A DNA stretch of 64,000 bases from Alphaproteobacteria bacterium (GTDB lineage: Bacteria; Pseudomonadota; Alphaproteobacteria; UBA828), in the NCBI GenBank assembly GCA_965237415.1, contig CBDEFM010000002.1:192001-256000 (forward strand). Direction: 5' to 3'. Of the stretch, positions 36,645-47,614 are shown one piece after another (position 1 is the stretch's first letter; every line of letters begins with the position of its first letter). A program made the translations under genes and the position numbers. A model generated the notes under the pieces. It did not search any database. It was given only the letters and a program-made list of their open reading frames with translations, and was not told the DNA's origin.

Positions 36645-37970
36645 TCAGTTGCCGTAAACGTGCGCCGGAAACCACAGCGCGATTTCCGGGAAAATCATGA
36701 TGATCGTGAGTGCCAAGATCATCACGCCGACAAAGGGTATGATCGAGCGGTAAATGTCGCGCAAGGTAATTTCGGGTGGGGCCATGGCCCGCATGAGGAA
36801 GAGGTTGTAGCCGAAGGGCGGCGTCATGTACGCGATCTGCGTGGTAATCGTATAGAGCACGCCGTACCAGATCAGGTTAAATCCCAGGGCGTCGACCAGC
36901 GGCACATAGAGGGGCGCCACGATCACCAGCATCGCGGTGTCGTCAAGGAACGTTCCCATCACGAGGAACGACAACTGCATGAGGACAAGCACCATCCACG
37001 GCGAAAGTCCCATTTGTTCGGTGAACACATCCTCGATCGCGTGCGCCGCGCCGAGCCCATCGAACACCGAGCCGAAGGCCAGCGCCGCCAGGATGATCCA
37101 CATGAACATGCAGCTGATGCGGAGCGTGTTGCGCACCGTGTTCTCGAGCACCTGCCGGGTCATGCGCCGCCTGACCACAGCGGCAAGGAAGGCTGCGAGA
37201 GCGCCGATGGCCGAGGATTCCACGAGCGAGGTCGATCCGCTGATGAAGGGCACGATCATCACCGCGTAGATGAAGAGCGGCAGCAGGCCGGCGCGGAGAA
37301 GTTTGATCTTTTCGGCCCTGGGCACATCGCGTTCGGCCTTGGGAAGCACGGGGCCGAGGCTGGGGGTGATCGCACAGCGCACACCGATATAGAGGACGAA
37401 AAGCCCGGCCATCATGAGACCGGGGAAAATCCCCGCGAGCCAGAGTTGCCCCACAGGCTGACGCGCAATCATCGCGTAGAGGACGAGCACCACCGAGGGA
37501 GGTACGAGGATACCGAGCGAGCTGCCGGCTTGAATGACGCCGGTCACCATGCGCTTGTCGTAGTTGCGCTTGAGCAGTTCCGGCAGCGCGATGGTCGCGC
37601 CGATGGCCATGCCCGCAACGCTCAGCCCGTTCATCGCCGACACCAGCACCATCAGGCCGATCGTGCCCATGGCGAGCCCGCCGGCCATCCCGCCCGTCCA
37701 CACGTGGAACATGCGGTAGAGGTCGTCGGCGATCCTCGATTCCGAGAGCACATAACCCATGAAGATGAACATCGGCAGCGTGAGCAGCGGATACCATTTC
37801 ATGAGCTTCATGGCGGCGGCGAAGCCCAGGTCGTAACCGCCTCGATCGCCCCAGAGGAGGAGCGCAGAAAGCACGGCGACGAAGCCAATGGCCGCAAAGA
37901 CTCGCTGGCCGGTGGCCAACATAAGCATCATTAGCGCGAACATCAGAATGGTGATTAGCTCGTAGGACAT
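36645..37970 (-). CDS. dctM: TRAP transporter large permease
   Basis: LGILVPPSVVLVLY, AYMTPPFGYNLF. Confidence 0.94.
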   Translation of the reverse strand: MSYELITILMFALMMLMLATGQRVFAAIGFVAVLSALLLWGDRGGYDLGFAAAMKLMKWYPLLTLPMFIFMGYVLSESRIADDLYRMFHVWTGGMAGGLAMGTIGLMVLVSAMNGLSVAGMAIGATIALPELLKRNYDKRMVTGVIQAGSSLGILVPPSVVLVLYAMIARQPVGQLWLAGIFPGLMMAGLFVLYIGVRCAITPSLGPVLPKAERDVPRAEKIKLLRAGLLPLFIYAVMIVPFISGSTSLVESSAIGALAAFLAAVVRRRMTRQVLENTVRNTLRISCMFMWIILAALAFGSVFDGLGAAHAIEDVFTEQMGLSPWMVLVLMQLSFLVMGTFLDDTAMLVIVAPLYVPLVDALGFNLIWYGVLYTITTQIAYMTPPFGYNLFLMRAMAPPEITLRDIYRSIIPFVGVMILALTIIMIFPEIALWFPAHVYGN

Positions 37971-38479
37971 CAGATTGCCTCGCCGCGAAGCCGCAGGATG
38001 TCCTTGAAAAACTCTGAGATCGCCTGAAAGATCATCAATGCAATGCCGACGATCATGGTGACCTTGATCGGCCAAAGATAAGGCCGCCAGGCGGTCGGGC
38101 TTCGTTCGCCCCCATACTGAAAACTGTAAATCGTGGAATCGATTCCACCCCATAGGAGAACCACAAGATAGAACAAGAGAAAGAATACCGTAACTGAGTC
38201 GATCCATGCCTTTCTGCGGACGGACCAGGATCCGTAAAACAGGTCCATCCGCACGTTTGCGTCAGTCTGAACCGAGTAGGGGCCACCTAAGATGTAATAG
38301 GCGACCATCGCGAACTGCGCCATTTCCAGCGTCCAAAGCGAGGGGTTGAAGAACGTCTTGGAGAGCGACGACCAGAGCAGAATGCCCATGATCACGAACA
38401 GGCCGTACATGATGACCCGCCCAACGCGGCGGTTGATCAAGTCGACCACGTAAATGTAACCGCGCATCGCGCGGGTCAC
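37970..38479 (-). CDS. dctQ: TRAP transporter small permease
   Basis: 4 TM segments, NVRMDLFY; GTG start with GAGGGGAG RBS. Confidence 0.9.
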   Translation of the reverse strand: MTRAMRGYIYVVDLINRRVGRVIMYGLFVIMGILLWSSLSKTFFNPSLWTLEMAQFAMVAYYILGGPYSVQTDANVRMDLFYGSWSVRRKAWIDSVTVFFLLFYLVVLLWGGIDSTIYSFQYGGERSPTAWRPYLWPIKVTMIVGIALMIFQAISEFFKDILRLRGEAI

Positions 38480-38904
38480 GGCCGCGCTCCCCTCGCTGCG
38501 GCGCCACGCGCCCCAGGCGGCGGGACAAGGTTGCATGGAAGGGCTGCGACAATATGTGCGTGGGTCTTGGCGCCCCTCGGAAGGTCTTTCCTGCCCTCGA
38601 TCACAAGGGGCCGGAGAGTGCAGTCGTCTCCGCCAAGAAGAGGGTCCGAAGCGACGGTGTTTCCCCGCCCGAAGGGGGCGCCTGTTGCAGGCTTGCCAGA
38701 CGGTCCGTTCCCGTACTCTCCCTGCTGCACCACCCTATCCCCGGAACCTGTTCGCCCGCCGCCGCATTTTCCCCGGTGGCACTATGAACAAAACCTCGCC
38801 TGCTACGCAATCTAATCTCCTTGAAGAGCATGCGTGGGCGGCCGAAGCGAAATACGGCATCGGGGTTTCCGCCCCCTCGTGCGTGGTCGCTGCGCTTGAT
38901 TGAG

Positions 38905-38922
38905 TGTGAACCATAGTTTACA
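38905..38922. promoter_or_regulatory. Putative TA autoregulatory operator
   Basis: TGTGAAC-CATA-GTTTACA near-perfect inverted repeat immediately before the toxin. Confidence 0.6.
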
Positions 38923-39227
38923 TGTTGCCTGTGCCCGAGATCGTTGAGAGCGCCACGTTCAAGCGCTGGATCCGAGGTTTGCGCGACAGGAGCGCCACTG
39001 CACGAATCAACGCGCGTCTGCGGAGCGTGTCGCTGGGCAATGTCGGGGATGCGGGGCCGGTGGGCGGCGGTCTGTTTGAGATGCGCGTGCATCACGGACC
39101 CGGCTACCGCATCTACTTCCTGCGTGAGGATGCGAGGGTCGTCTTGCTCTGTGGCGGCGACAAGGGCAGCCAGCAACGCGACATCGAACGCGCCGGCAAG
39201 CTCGCGAATGATTGGAGGCAGAGATGA
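38922..39227 (+). CDS. Addiction module killer protein (RelE/ParE superfamily)
   Basis: GNVGDAGPVGGGLFEMRVHHGPGYRIYF, LLCGGDKGSQQRDI. Confidence 0.92.
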   Translation: MLPVPEIVESATFKRWIRGLRDRSATARINARLRSVSLGNVGDAGPVGGGLFEMRVHHGPGYRIYFLREDARVVLLCGGDKGSQQRDIERAGKLANDWRQR

Positions 39228-39511
39228 ACGAAGCGTTTACAAGGTGGGACGTTACCGAGCACCTTCGCACCCGCGAAGACACGCGCCTCTATCTGGAAGC
39301 CTGTGCGGAGGAGGACCCGGGCGATGGCAGTCTGATCCGCGCCGCCCTGAACGATATCGCACGGGCGGGTAACATAAGCCGGCTGGCGCGCGACGTGGGA
39401 ATGAGCCGCGAGGGACTTTACAAGGCATTGTCGGAGGACGGGAATCCAAGTTTTGCGACGGTAATGCGGATTGCGCGGGCGTTAGGGTTGCAAGTTCGGA
39501 TTACGGTGTAG
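39224..39511 (+). CDS. Addiction module antidote protein (HTH)
   Basis: ALNDIARA...GMSREGLYKALSEDGNPSFATV. Confidence 0.92.
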   Translation: MNEAFTRWDVTEHLRTREDTRLYLEACAEEDPGDGSLIRAALNDIARAGNISRLARDVGMSREGLYKALSEDGNPSFATVMRIARALGLQVRITV

Positions 39512-39528
39512 GCGACCGCGACCAACCA

Positions 39529-40251
39529 TCACCGTCCGCGGCGTTCGTAGACGTTGGCGCGGGGAGTGGCGCCGATGCGCCGCGCCGTCGCCTTCCACTT
39601 GGGGCCGTGGCGGGCCTCGGGGCCGGCGAGGGCGTGGGCGATCTCGTGCAACACCGTGTCTCTGATCTCGGCCTCGCTGGCGTCCAAAGCATGGGCCCGG
39701 CCGATGCGGATCACGCGGTCCTGGAAGTGGCAGTCGCCGAGGCGCCTCTCGGCTTCGAGGAAGGCGAAGGTCCACTCGCCGAGGCCGTGCTGGTCCATCA
39801 ACTCCCGCGCTATCGCGGCGATGCTGGCGAGGCGTTGGGCGCCGTTGCGCGCCTCTTTCTGCCGCCCTGAGCCACCCATGCCGCTCAGCCCGCCGTAGGG
39901 AACATTCCAAAGGGTCCGGCCCACGCGCACCCTGGCTTGCGTCGGGTTGAGCTTCACGATCTTGCCGCTCCGCGGCGTCCCGTCGGGGCCCGCGAACGCC
40001 ACCCTGTCGCCCACCCGCCACTGGGCGCGCGCCGTATCGTCGCCCGTCACCATCGTGGCGCGGCGGGGGAGGCCCGAGGGCGTCAGCGCCGCCTCCGACA
40101 CCTTCCAGAGCCGGTCCGCGTCATCGATCACCGTGGCGAGAGTCCGCCGTCTTTGCCGGCGGAGGAGGTGGCCGTGGATCGTCTTCCCCCGATGGGTGAA
40201 GCGCACGGCGTCGCCGATGGAGAGCGCCCGAACGTCCCGGCCATCGGCCAT
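39529..40251 (-). CDS. SprT-like zinc metalloprotease with two N-terminal SH3-like repeats
   Basis: LHEIAHAL...HGPKWK; IGDAVRF / VGDRVAF repeats. Confidence 0.85.
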   Translation of the reverse strand: MADGRDVRALSIGDAVRFTHRGKTIHGHLLRRQRRRTLATVIDDADRLWKVSEAALTPSGLPRRATMVTGDDTARAQWRVGDRVAFAGPDGTPRSGKIVKLNPTQARVRVGRTLWNVPYGGLSGMGGSGRQKEARNGAQRLASIAAIARELMDQHGLGEWTFAFLEAERRLGDCHFQDRVIRIGRAHALDASEAEIRDTVLHEIAHALAGPEARHGPKWKATARRIGATPRANVYERRGR

Positions 40252-40516
40252 TCGATGTATCCCCCCAACCTCGTCCCGACTGCTGCGCGCCGCCTGGGAT
40301 CAGACCCGCGACTCGACAAACGGCGCGTGAAGAATTGTACAAAAACGACGCCTCGTGGCGTGCGTCATCGGCAGAATCGCGCCAAGTTGAGGAACGATCT
40401 GCCCCCGCCGCCGTGTACATCGAAGCGTCCACTTTGCCTAGTGTTGCGGCCATTTTCGCCGCATTCGCCCCCTGCTTGCGAGTTCTCCCTCCGGGGACAT
40501 TTCGTGCATTGAAGTA

Positions 40517-40544
40517 TTGACAAAGGATTTCCGAGGGTTACAAG
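40517..40544 (+). promoter_or_regulatory. Putative sigma70 promoter of serS
   Basis: TTGACA-N16-TACAAG, 10 nt before the ATG; no SD visible. Confidence 0.5.
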
Positions 40545-40554
40545 CCCGGCCGTC

Positions 40555-41850
40555 ATGTTCAGCGCTAGGTGGATTCGCGAGAACGGCGCCGCGTTCGACG
40601 CAGGCCTCACCCGGCGCGGCGTAGACCCCCATGCAGAGCGGGTGATTGCGCTCGATGCAGCCCGGCGCGGCGCCCAGGCAAGATTCCAAGAGCAGCAGCA
40701 TGCGCGCAACCGGCTGTCGAAGGAGATCGGGGCCGCCCGCGCGCGCGGGGAGGACACCGCTGCGCTGGTCGCCGAGGTCTCGGCGCTGAAGGACGTCGCC
40801 CAGGAGTCGGAGCGCAAGGAACGAGAAATCTACGCCCAGCTCGTCGACGTGCTCCAGGGCCTCCCCAACCTGCCGGCGGGCGACGTGCCCGACGGCGCCA
40901 ATGAGAGCGCCAACGTCGAGATCAGGCGCTGGGGCAAGCCCCGGAAAACCGTGGGTGGCTCGCGACAGCACTTCGAGATCGGCGAGGCGCTCGGCCTGAT
41001 GGATTTCGAGCGGGCGGCCGAGCTCTCCGGCTCCCGCTTCGTCGTACTCTCCGGCGCGCTGGCGCGGCTGGAACGCGCGCTCGGGGCCTTCATGCTTGAC
41101 ATGCACACGACCGAGTACGGCTACACCGAGATCTCGCCGCCGCTGCTGGTGCGCAACAACGCCGCCTACGGCACCGGCAACCTGCCGAAGTTCCGGGAAG
41201 ACCTGTTCGAAACGACCGACGGCCGTTGGCTGATCCCGACGGCCGAAATGCCGCTCACCAACCTCGTCTACGGCGAGATCCTGGATGAGGCCACGCTGCC
41301 GCTGCGCTTCACGGCCTATACCCCCTGCTTCCGGGCCGAGGCCGGGGCTGCGGGCAAGGACACGCGCGGCATGATGCGCCAGCACCAGTTCTCCAAGGTC
41401 GAGCTGGTGAGTGTGACCCGGCCGGAGGATTCGGAGGCGGAGCACGAACGCATGACCGCCTGCGCCGAGGAGGTGCTGAAGCGCCTTGGCCTTGCCTACC
41501 GGGTGGTCGTGCTGAGCGCAGGCGACATGGGTTTCTCGGCACGCAAGACCTACGACATCGAGGTCTGGCTGCCGGGCCAGGGGCGCTACCGCGAAATCTC
41601 GAGCTGCTCCAACTGCTGGGACTTCCAGGCGCAGCGGATGGACGCGCGCTTCCGGCGATCCGGCGAGCGGCAGACCCACTTCGTGCACACCCTCAACGGC
41701 TCGGCACTCGCGGTCGGGCGCACCCTGGTCGCTGTACTGGAGACTTATCAAGAGGAGCCGCTGGGACAACGCGTGACCGTGCCCGAGGCGCTCCGCCCCT
41801 ATTTCGGCGGCATGGAGGCGATTGAGGCTGATGCGCATCCTCGTCTGTAA
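40555..41850 (+). CDS. serS: Serine--tRNA ligase
   Basis: [52 protein letters not shown]. Confidence 0.98.
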   Translation: MFSARWIRENGAAFDAGLTRRGVDPHAERVIALDAARRGAQARFQEQQHARNRLSKEIGAARARGEDTAALVAEVSALKDVAQESERKEREIYAQLVDVLQGLPNLPAGDVPDGANESANVEIRRWGKPRKTVGGSRQHFEIGEALGLMDFERAAELSGSRFVVLSGALARLERALGAFMLDMHTTEYGYTEISPPLLVRNNAAYGTGNLPKFREDLFETTDGRWLIPTAEMPLTNLVYGEILDEATLPLRFTAYTPCFRAEAGAAGKDTRGMMRQHQFSKVELVSVTRPEDSEAEHERMTACAEEVLKRLGLAYRVVVLSAGDMGFSARKTYDIEVWLPGQGRYREISSCSNCWDFQAQRMDARFRRSGERQTHFVHTLNGSALAVGRTLVAVLETYQEEPLGQRVTVPEALRPYFGGMEAIEADAHPRL

Positions 41851-42586
41851 CGACGACGGCATTGACGCGCCCGGCATCAAGGTGTTGGAGCGTGTGGCGC
41901 GCGGCCTCTCCAAGGACGTGTGGGTTGTGGCACCCGAGACCCAGCAGAGCGCGGCCTCCCATTCGCTCACGCTGCACCGTCCGCTGCGTCTCCGCAAAAT
42001 TTCCCGGCGCCGCTACGCCGTCAACGGCACGCCCACTGATTGTGTCTTCCTCGCCTTCAACAAGATCCTGGCGGACGGCCTGCCTGACCTGGTGCTCTCC
42101 GGCGTCAACGACGGCCCCAATGTCAGCGAGGATGTCACCTATTCCGGGACCATCGCCGCGGCGATGGAGGCGACGCTGTTCGGCGCGCCGGCGGTTGCGT
42201 TCAGCCAGGCATACGGGGACGGCCGCAAGCACCATTGGGCGACCGCCGAGCAATGGGCCGGCCGCCTCCTGCCGATGCTGATCGAGCGCGGATGGCCCGC
42301 GCGCGTCCTCATCAACGTCAACTTTCCCGATTTGGCGGCTGCCGACGTGCGCGGGATCAGGGTCGTGCGTCAGGGTCTGCACGCGCTCGACGACACGCTC
42401 GAGGAGCGGATCGACCCGCGCGGCGCGCCCTACTACTGGATCGGGGCGCAGTTGCCAGCGACCGGCAGCGGGCAGCGCGGCACGGACATGAGTGCGATCG
42501 ACGAGGGCTACGTCTCGGTGACGCCCCTTCATATGGATCTCACTCACCGACGGACCCTGACATGGCTGCGCGAGGTCATCGAATGA
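41831..42586 (+). CDS. surE: 5'/3'-nucleotidase SurE
   Basis: [28 protein letters not shown]. Confidence 0.97.
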   Translation: MRILVCNDDGIDAPGIKVLERVARGLSKDVWVVAPETQQSAASHSLTLHRPLRLRKISRRRYAVNGTPTDCVFLAFNKILADGLPDLVLSGVNDGPNVSEDVTYSGTIAAAMEATLFGAPAVAFSQAYGDGRKHHWATAEQWAGRLLPMLIERGWPARVLINVNFPDLAAADVRGIRVVRQGLHALDDTLEERIDPRGAPYYWIGAQLPATGSGQRGTDMSAIDEGYVSVTPLHMDLTHRRTLTWLREVIE

Positions 42587-43698
42587 TCGGCAGCATGCGA
42601 GAGACCAACTTGATCGGGCCCCTTGTGGGCGGCGCCCTGATGGCGACCGTGCTCTTGGGCGTAAGTGCCTGCGCTGAACTCCCGTTCAGCCATGGATCGC
42701 AAGGGGACGACGAGACCTTTGAGGCCGACCCGGCGCCGGCGCTGCCGCAGTTCGTTGCCGCGCCGCAGGAGAGGGTGCCGCCGCCCTTCGAGGTGCCGGA
42801 GTCCCGACCGGCGCCGCCGATGCCGCGAGACAAGCCGGCGCTGCTGCTGACAGTAGCGGCGGGCGATACCATCGATCTCATTGCCCAACGCTTCGGTGTG
42901 GCGACGCGCACGATCATCGCCCTGAACGACCTGACTCACCCCTATTGGCTGCTGGCCGGACAGCGGCTCGTGCTCCCCAGCGAGGTCCTCTCCGCCGCTC
43001 GGCGCGGCGAGCCACCGGTGGAAGCACCGCGCCTCGACCGGGACGACGCGGACGTAACGACGACCGAGATCGCAGCGCCGGTCCACGAGGTGCGCGTAAC
43101 GGTTGTCGAGACCGCAGCGCCAACCCGCGAACAGAGCGAGGCGCCCGCTCCTCAGGGTCGGAACAACCTGCGTGTGGCCCATGCGGAACCGGCGCTCAAG
43201 CCGCCTGTATCGCCCGGTCCTCGCCTGGCCCGCGCGGACTCGACGCAATCGTCGCCATCCTCGCTCTCGGTGCTGGCACGGCAAGCCGATGCGACCCACG
43301 TGCCGCTCCCGCCCACGCGCAACACATTCCTCTGGCCGATCGAGGGCCGCGTGATCTCCCGCTTCGGCTCGAAGCCCGGCGGCAAGCACAATGACGGGAT
43401 CAACATTGCCGTGCCCGTGGGCAGCGAGGTACGCGCCGCGCAGAACGGTGTGGTGGCCTATGCCGGCAACGAGCTCAGGGGCTACGGGAACCTCGTGCTC
43501 ATCCGGCACAAGGGCGGCTGGATGACGGCGTACGCCCACAACGACTTCCTTCTGGTGGGCAAGGGCGACGTGGTCCGGCGGGGCCAGGTGATCTCGCGCT
43601 CGGGCAAGTCGGGCCGTGTCTCGCGGCCGCAGGCCCATTTCGAGATCCGTCGCAACGGCGAGCCGCAGGATCCGCTGCGTCTCCTCAGCCGCAGGTAA
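42583..43698 (+). CDS. nlpD: LysM/M23 peptidase-domain lipoprotein (NlpD-like)
   Basis: Lipobox VSAC, LysM, FLWPIEG, GYGNLVLIRH, TAYAHN, HFEIR. Confidence 0.85.
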   Translation: MIGSMRETNLIGPLVGGALMATVLLGVSACAELPFSHGSQGDDETFEADPAPALPQFVAAPQERVPPPFEVPESRPAPPMPRDKPALLLTVAAGDTIDLIAQRFGVATRTIIALNDLTHPYWLLAGQRLVLPSEVLSAARRGEPPVEAPRLDRDDADVTTTEIAAPVHEVRVTVVETAAPTREQSEAPAPQGRNNLRVAHAEPALKPPVSPGPRLARADSTQSSPSSLSVLARQADATHVPLPPTRNTFLWPIEGRVISRFGSKPGGKHNDGINIAVPVGSEVRAAQNGVVAYAGNELRGYGNLVLIRHKGGWMTAYAHNDFLLVGKGDVVRRGQVISRSGKSGRVSRPQAHFEIRRNGEPQDPLRLLSRR

Positions 43699-43704
43699 GA
43701 AGGT

Positions 43705-44583
43705 TTAGCCCGAACGCCCGTCGGCCGGCGAGAGCCCGACACCGAGACGACCGGCGAGATCCTGCACGTATTGCCAGGCCACCCTGCCCGAGCGGGCGCC
43801 GCGGGTCATGCTCCACTCGATGGCCTCGGCGCGCAGCGTCTCGCGGTCGATGGCGAGGCCGAAATGGTCGGCGTAGCCCTCCACCATGGCGAAGAAGGTC
43901 GCCTGATCGCACGGGTGGAAGCCGAGCCAGAGTCCGAAACGATCCGAAAGCGAGACCGACCCCTCCACCGCTTCGCCGGGGTGGATGGCGGTCGAGCGCT
44001 CGTTGTCGATCATGTCGCGCGGCATCAGATGGCGCCGATTCGAGGTCGCATAGAACAGGACGTTGTCCGGCCGGCCGCTGATCCCGCCTTCCAGCGCCGC
44101 CTTCAGGGACTTGTAAGTCGTGTCTTCGGACTCGAAGGAGAGGTCGTCGCAGAAGAGGAGGCACTGACTGCCGCAAGCGCGCAGCCGGCCAAGCAGGATC
44201 GGCAGGGACGCGATCTCTTCCCGGTGAATCTCGATCAGCTTCAGGCCGCTCGGGTCCTCCGCCGCCACGACTCCGTGCACCGCCTTGATGAGCGAGCTCT
44301 TGCCCATTCCTCGGGCGCCCCACAGCAGGGTGTTGTTGGCCGGCAAGCCGCGGGCGAAGCGCCGCGTGTTGTCGAGCAGGATGTCGCGGACCCTGTCGAT
44401 GCCCTTGAGCAGCGAGAGCTCCAGCCGATTGATTTGGGGCACGGCCTCAAGCCGCGTGCCATCGGCGTGCCAGACAAATCCATCTGCTGACTCAAGCGCC
44501 GCATCGTCCGGCCCGGCGGGCGAGAGACGCTCCAGCGCTTCCGCGACGCGCTTGAGGAGCGGCGCAAACTCCGGGTCCGACAT
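43705..44583 (-). CDS. DUF815 family ATP-binding protein
   Basis: LLWGARGMGKSS, FCDDLSF, YATSNRRHL, SLSDRFGLWLGF. Confidence 0.92.
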   Translation of the reverse strand: MSDPEFAPLLKRVAEALERLSPAGPDDAALESADGFVWHADGTRLEAVPQINRLELSLLKGIDRVRDILLDNTRRFARGLPANNTLLWGARGMGKSSLIKAVHGVVAAEDPSGLKLIEIHREEIASLPILLGRLRACGSQCLLFCDDLSFESEDTTYKSLKAALEGGISGRPDNVLFYATSNRRHLMPRDMIDNERSTAIHPGEAVEGSVSLSDRFGLWLGFHPCDQATFFAMVEGYADHFGLAIDRETLRAEAIEWSMTRGARSGRVAWQYVQDLAGRLGVGLSPADGRSG

Positions 44584-44690
44584 GCGTGCACCGGCTGGTT
44601 GGAAGGCGCGCGGAACCTAGCCCGGATGTCTCGCCACTGTCACGGCCTGCGTCGCGCAGGCCGCGCGCGGAGCGCACGATACGTCCCGGC

Positions 44691-47543
44691 CTAATTCTCC
44701 GGCCCGACGAAGGTGCGGGTGATCTCGACAGCCTCGGCAAGACCGACACGCTCAACCTCGACGCCCTGCGGGAAGGCGCCGGCGAGCCGGCTCGGCAGTG
44801 CGGAATCGAGAAGGACGAACACGCCGCGGTCGTCCGCCCTTCGCACGAGCCGCCCGTAAGCCTGTCGGAGACGGCCGCGCGTGAGCCGGTCGTCGTAGCG
44901 CCCGCCGCCGAAGACCCTGCGGCGGGCCTTGTGCAGGATATCCGGTCGAGGCCAGGGCACGCGGTCGAAGACGATCAACCGCAGGCTCTTCCCCGGTACG
45001 TCGATACCGTCGCGCACCGCGTCGGTGCCCAGCAGGCAGGCATCGGTCTCGCTGCGGAAGATATCGACCAAAGTCGTCGTATCGAGCGGATCGACGTGCT
45101 GGGCCCAAAGCGGGATCCCGGCATCGTCGATTTCGCCGGCAATCCGCTCGTGGACCAATCGCAGCCGGGCGATGGCGGTGAAGAGACCGAGTGCGCCGCC
45201 GCCGGCAGCGACGAAAAGCGCGCGGTAGGCTGCCGCGACCTGATCCGGCGCGCCTCGCCGCACGTCGGTGACGACGAGCACGCGGGTTTGCGCGCCGTAG
45301 TCGAAGGGGGAGGGGAGCGCAGCGCGGATCGCCGGTGCCTTCAGGTGGCGCCCGCCCGTCGCCGCCTCCGCCGCGGCCCAGTCCTGCTCCTCCTCGCCGG
45401 TGCCATCGCGCAGCGTCGCCGAGGTGATGAGCGCGCCGTGGGCGCGGCCCATGACGAACTCTGCGAACGCGATCGTAGGGTCCAGATAGTGACGGTGCAT
45501 GCCGACATCGACATCTCGCCCTTCGATGCGGGAGATCGCGAACCAATCGACGAATCCCGCGGGGTCGGCGGCGCCGTCCTCGTCCTGTGCCAGTTCGTCG
45601 TCGTCAATCGAAACGGTCGTCATGTCTTCCAGCATGGAGCGCCAGGCGCCGAGCCGCTCGCTGACCCGGCGCTCGATCCCGCGGACGACCGCCTCGATCC
45701 GCTGGCGCTCGGCGCTCTCCAGACTGTCGGCTTCCTGGTCGAGCAGCGCCGCGAGCGCGGCCGCGAGGTGGCCGAGCGGCCGGGCGATATCGGCCAGCGC
45801 TGATTCAAGAGCGGCGGCGGCCTCCGCCAGGCCGGGAATGAGCGGGTCCACCGGCGCCTCGATGCTGTAGCCGCTCCGCGGCTCCGGTGCCCGCGCCAGG
45901 ACCTGGTCTCGCACCAGCGCCAGGAATCGCTCGCACGGCCCGTGCGCCGATCCCGCCGCGAGCCGTTGGTGCCAGTCGTTGCCCGGCAGCGCACGGGCCG
46001 CGGTCAATGCCGTGTCGAGGGACTCGCGTGCAGCTTGCCTGCCCTCGGTCAGGTCGCCGATCCGGCTGCTGAGCCCCCGCGCTCGGCCGGAGTCGCTGCG
46101 GCCGCGGGATTCGGGCCCGAGCAACCAGCGTCTGAGCTCCCGCGCTTCGCTGCCGGTGAGGTGCGCGGAGAAGGCGCTGTCCGCCGCGTCGAAGATATGG
46201 TGCCCCTCGTCGAGCACGTAGCGGGTCGGCACGCCCCGCTCCTCGCCTGTGCCGAAGGCGGCGCGCGCTGCCTGCACCATGAGCAGCGCATGATTGGCGA
46301 TCACCATGTCGGCGCGGCGGGCCTTTCGCTGGCTCTTCTCGATGAAGCAGCGGCGGTAATGCGTGCAGGCGCCGTGGATGCACTCGCCGCGCCGGTCTGC
46401 GAGGCCGAGGGTGCGGCCGAAGCCGAGCAGGTCGGCGAGCCAGGCGGGCAGGTCGCCCCCGGTCATGTCGCCATCCCGCGTGGATGCCGCCCAGCGCGCC
46501 ATCAAGCCGAGGGCGATGCGCTCCGAGGGCACCAGCGCGCTACGGCCGACCGCTTCCTCCATGTTGAGCAGGCAAAAATAGTTCTCGCGCCCCTTGCGCA
46601 GCACGACCTTCTCCGCCTTCGCCTTGGGCTCCGGGTAGAGCCGGTCGAGCTCCTGGTCGATCTGGCGTTGGAGGTTGCGGGTGTACGTGGAGAGCCAGAC
46701 CGTGCCCTCGTTGCGCTCGGCCCAGAGGCTGGCCGGCGCGATATAGCCGAGGGTCTTGCCGACTCCGGTGCCGGCTTCCGCCAACACCACGTGGGGCTGC
46801 TCTTCCGTCTCCATCGGGTCGAAGGCCGCGCATGCCGCAGAGGCGAAGTCCGCCTGCTCGGGCCTGGGCTCCGCACCGTCGCCGAGCAGGTGGGCAAGGC
46901 GACGACGCGCGGCCGCAGGAGCCACCGGGTCATGCCCCGGCGCTGCAGGCGGCGCGCTCTCCTGCCATTCCTTGAGCCGGGTCCAGACGGCAAGCGGGCC
47001 CGGGTCGCCGGCCCGGCCGGAACTCGGCGGCGTGCGGCCGCCGGCCTCCAGCGCGGCCACCACCGCATCGCCCCAGGGCCAACCAGAGCGGGCCATCGTG
47101 CGCGCAATTGCCGGTGCGTCCTGCGCCCCCGCGAGGCCGGGCGCCGCGAGCGTGCCGAGAAGCCGACCGGCCGCCTCCTGCAAGGTGGATGCCTCGTCCT
47201 CGATGCTCCCGGGTAGGGTCAGCCCGAGCGCCCGTGCGAGTCCGCGCACCGTCGGCACGGTGAGGCGCGCCGGATGGACGAAGGCGAATAGTTCGAGCAC
47301 ATCAAGAGCCGACAGACCGGAGAGGCCGAGCCGGCGGACGATTGCCTTCGCGTGGCAAACGTAGGGCGCGGGACCCGCGGCAGCCAGGCGCTCGCGCGCG
47401 GCCTGGTGGCAGAGGCGGGCGAGCACGCCATCCTCGTCCAGCCAAACTGCATGACGCGGCGCCACCACGAGCACCGGTGCGCGGGGCAGCGGCAGCGCGG
47501 ATGGCCGCGAAGAGGGCTCGCGTGACTCTACAGGCGCCGGCAT
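44691..47543 (-). CDS. DinG/YoaA family ATP-dependent DNA helicase
   Basis: [37 protein letters not shown]. Confidence 0.93.
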   Translation of the reverse strand: MPAPVESREPSSRPSALPLPRAPVLVVAPRHAVWLDEDGVLARLCHQAARERLAAAGPAPYVCHAKAIVRRLGLSGLSALDVLELFAFVHPARLTVPTVRGLARALGLTLPGSIEDEASTLQEAAGRLLGTLAAPGLAGAQDAPAIARTMARSGWPWGDAVVAALEAGGRTPPSSGRAGDPGPLAVWTRLKEWQESAPPAAPGHDPVAPAAARRRLAHLLGDGAEPRPEQADFASAACAAFDPMETEEQPHVVLAEAGTGVGKTLGYIAPASLWAERNEGTVWLSTYTRNLQRQIDQELDRLYPEPKAKAEKVVLRKGRENYFCLLNMEEAVGRSALVPSERIALGLMARWAASTRDGDMTGGDLPAWLADLLGFGRTLGLADRRGECIHGACTHYRRCFIEKSQRKARRADMVIANHALLMVQAARAAFGTGEERGVPTRYVLDEGHHIFDAADSAFSAHLTGSEARELRRWLLGPESRGRSDSGRARGLSSRIGDLTEGRQAARESLDTALTAARALPGNDWHQRLAAGSAHGPCERFLALVRDQVLARAPEPRSGYSIEAPVDPLIPGLAEAAAALESALADIARPLGHLAAALAALLDQEADSLESAERQRIEAVVRGIERRVSERLGAWRSMLEDMTTVSIDDDELAQDEDGAADPAGFVDWFAISRIEGRDVDVGMHRHYLDPTIAFAEFVMGRAHGALITSATLRDGTGEEEQDWAAAEAATGGRHLKAPAIRAALPSPFDYGAQTRVLVVTDVRRGAPDQVAAAYRALFVAAGGGALGLFTAIARLRLVHERIAGEIDDAGIPLWAQHVDPLDTTTLVDIFRSETDACLLGTDAVRDGIDVPGKSLRLIVFDRVPWPRPDILHKARRRVFGGGRYDDRLTRGRLRQAYGRLVRRADDRGVFVLLDSALPSRLAGAFPQGVEVERVGLAEAVEITRTFVGPEN

Positions 47544-47614
47544 CGCACCGGAGTATAGCGGTTGACGCGCGCCGGCGGCCCGGCGCATGTTCCGCCGATT
47601 CCCAGACCCGGACG

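Noticed and set aside
38536-38800. Possible riboswitch (glycine/guanidine) in the TRAP leader
   Set aside because: GC-rich hairpins are present but I could not match conserved cores; needs an Rfam/Infernal scan.
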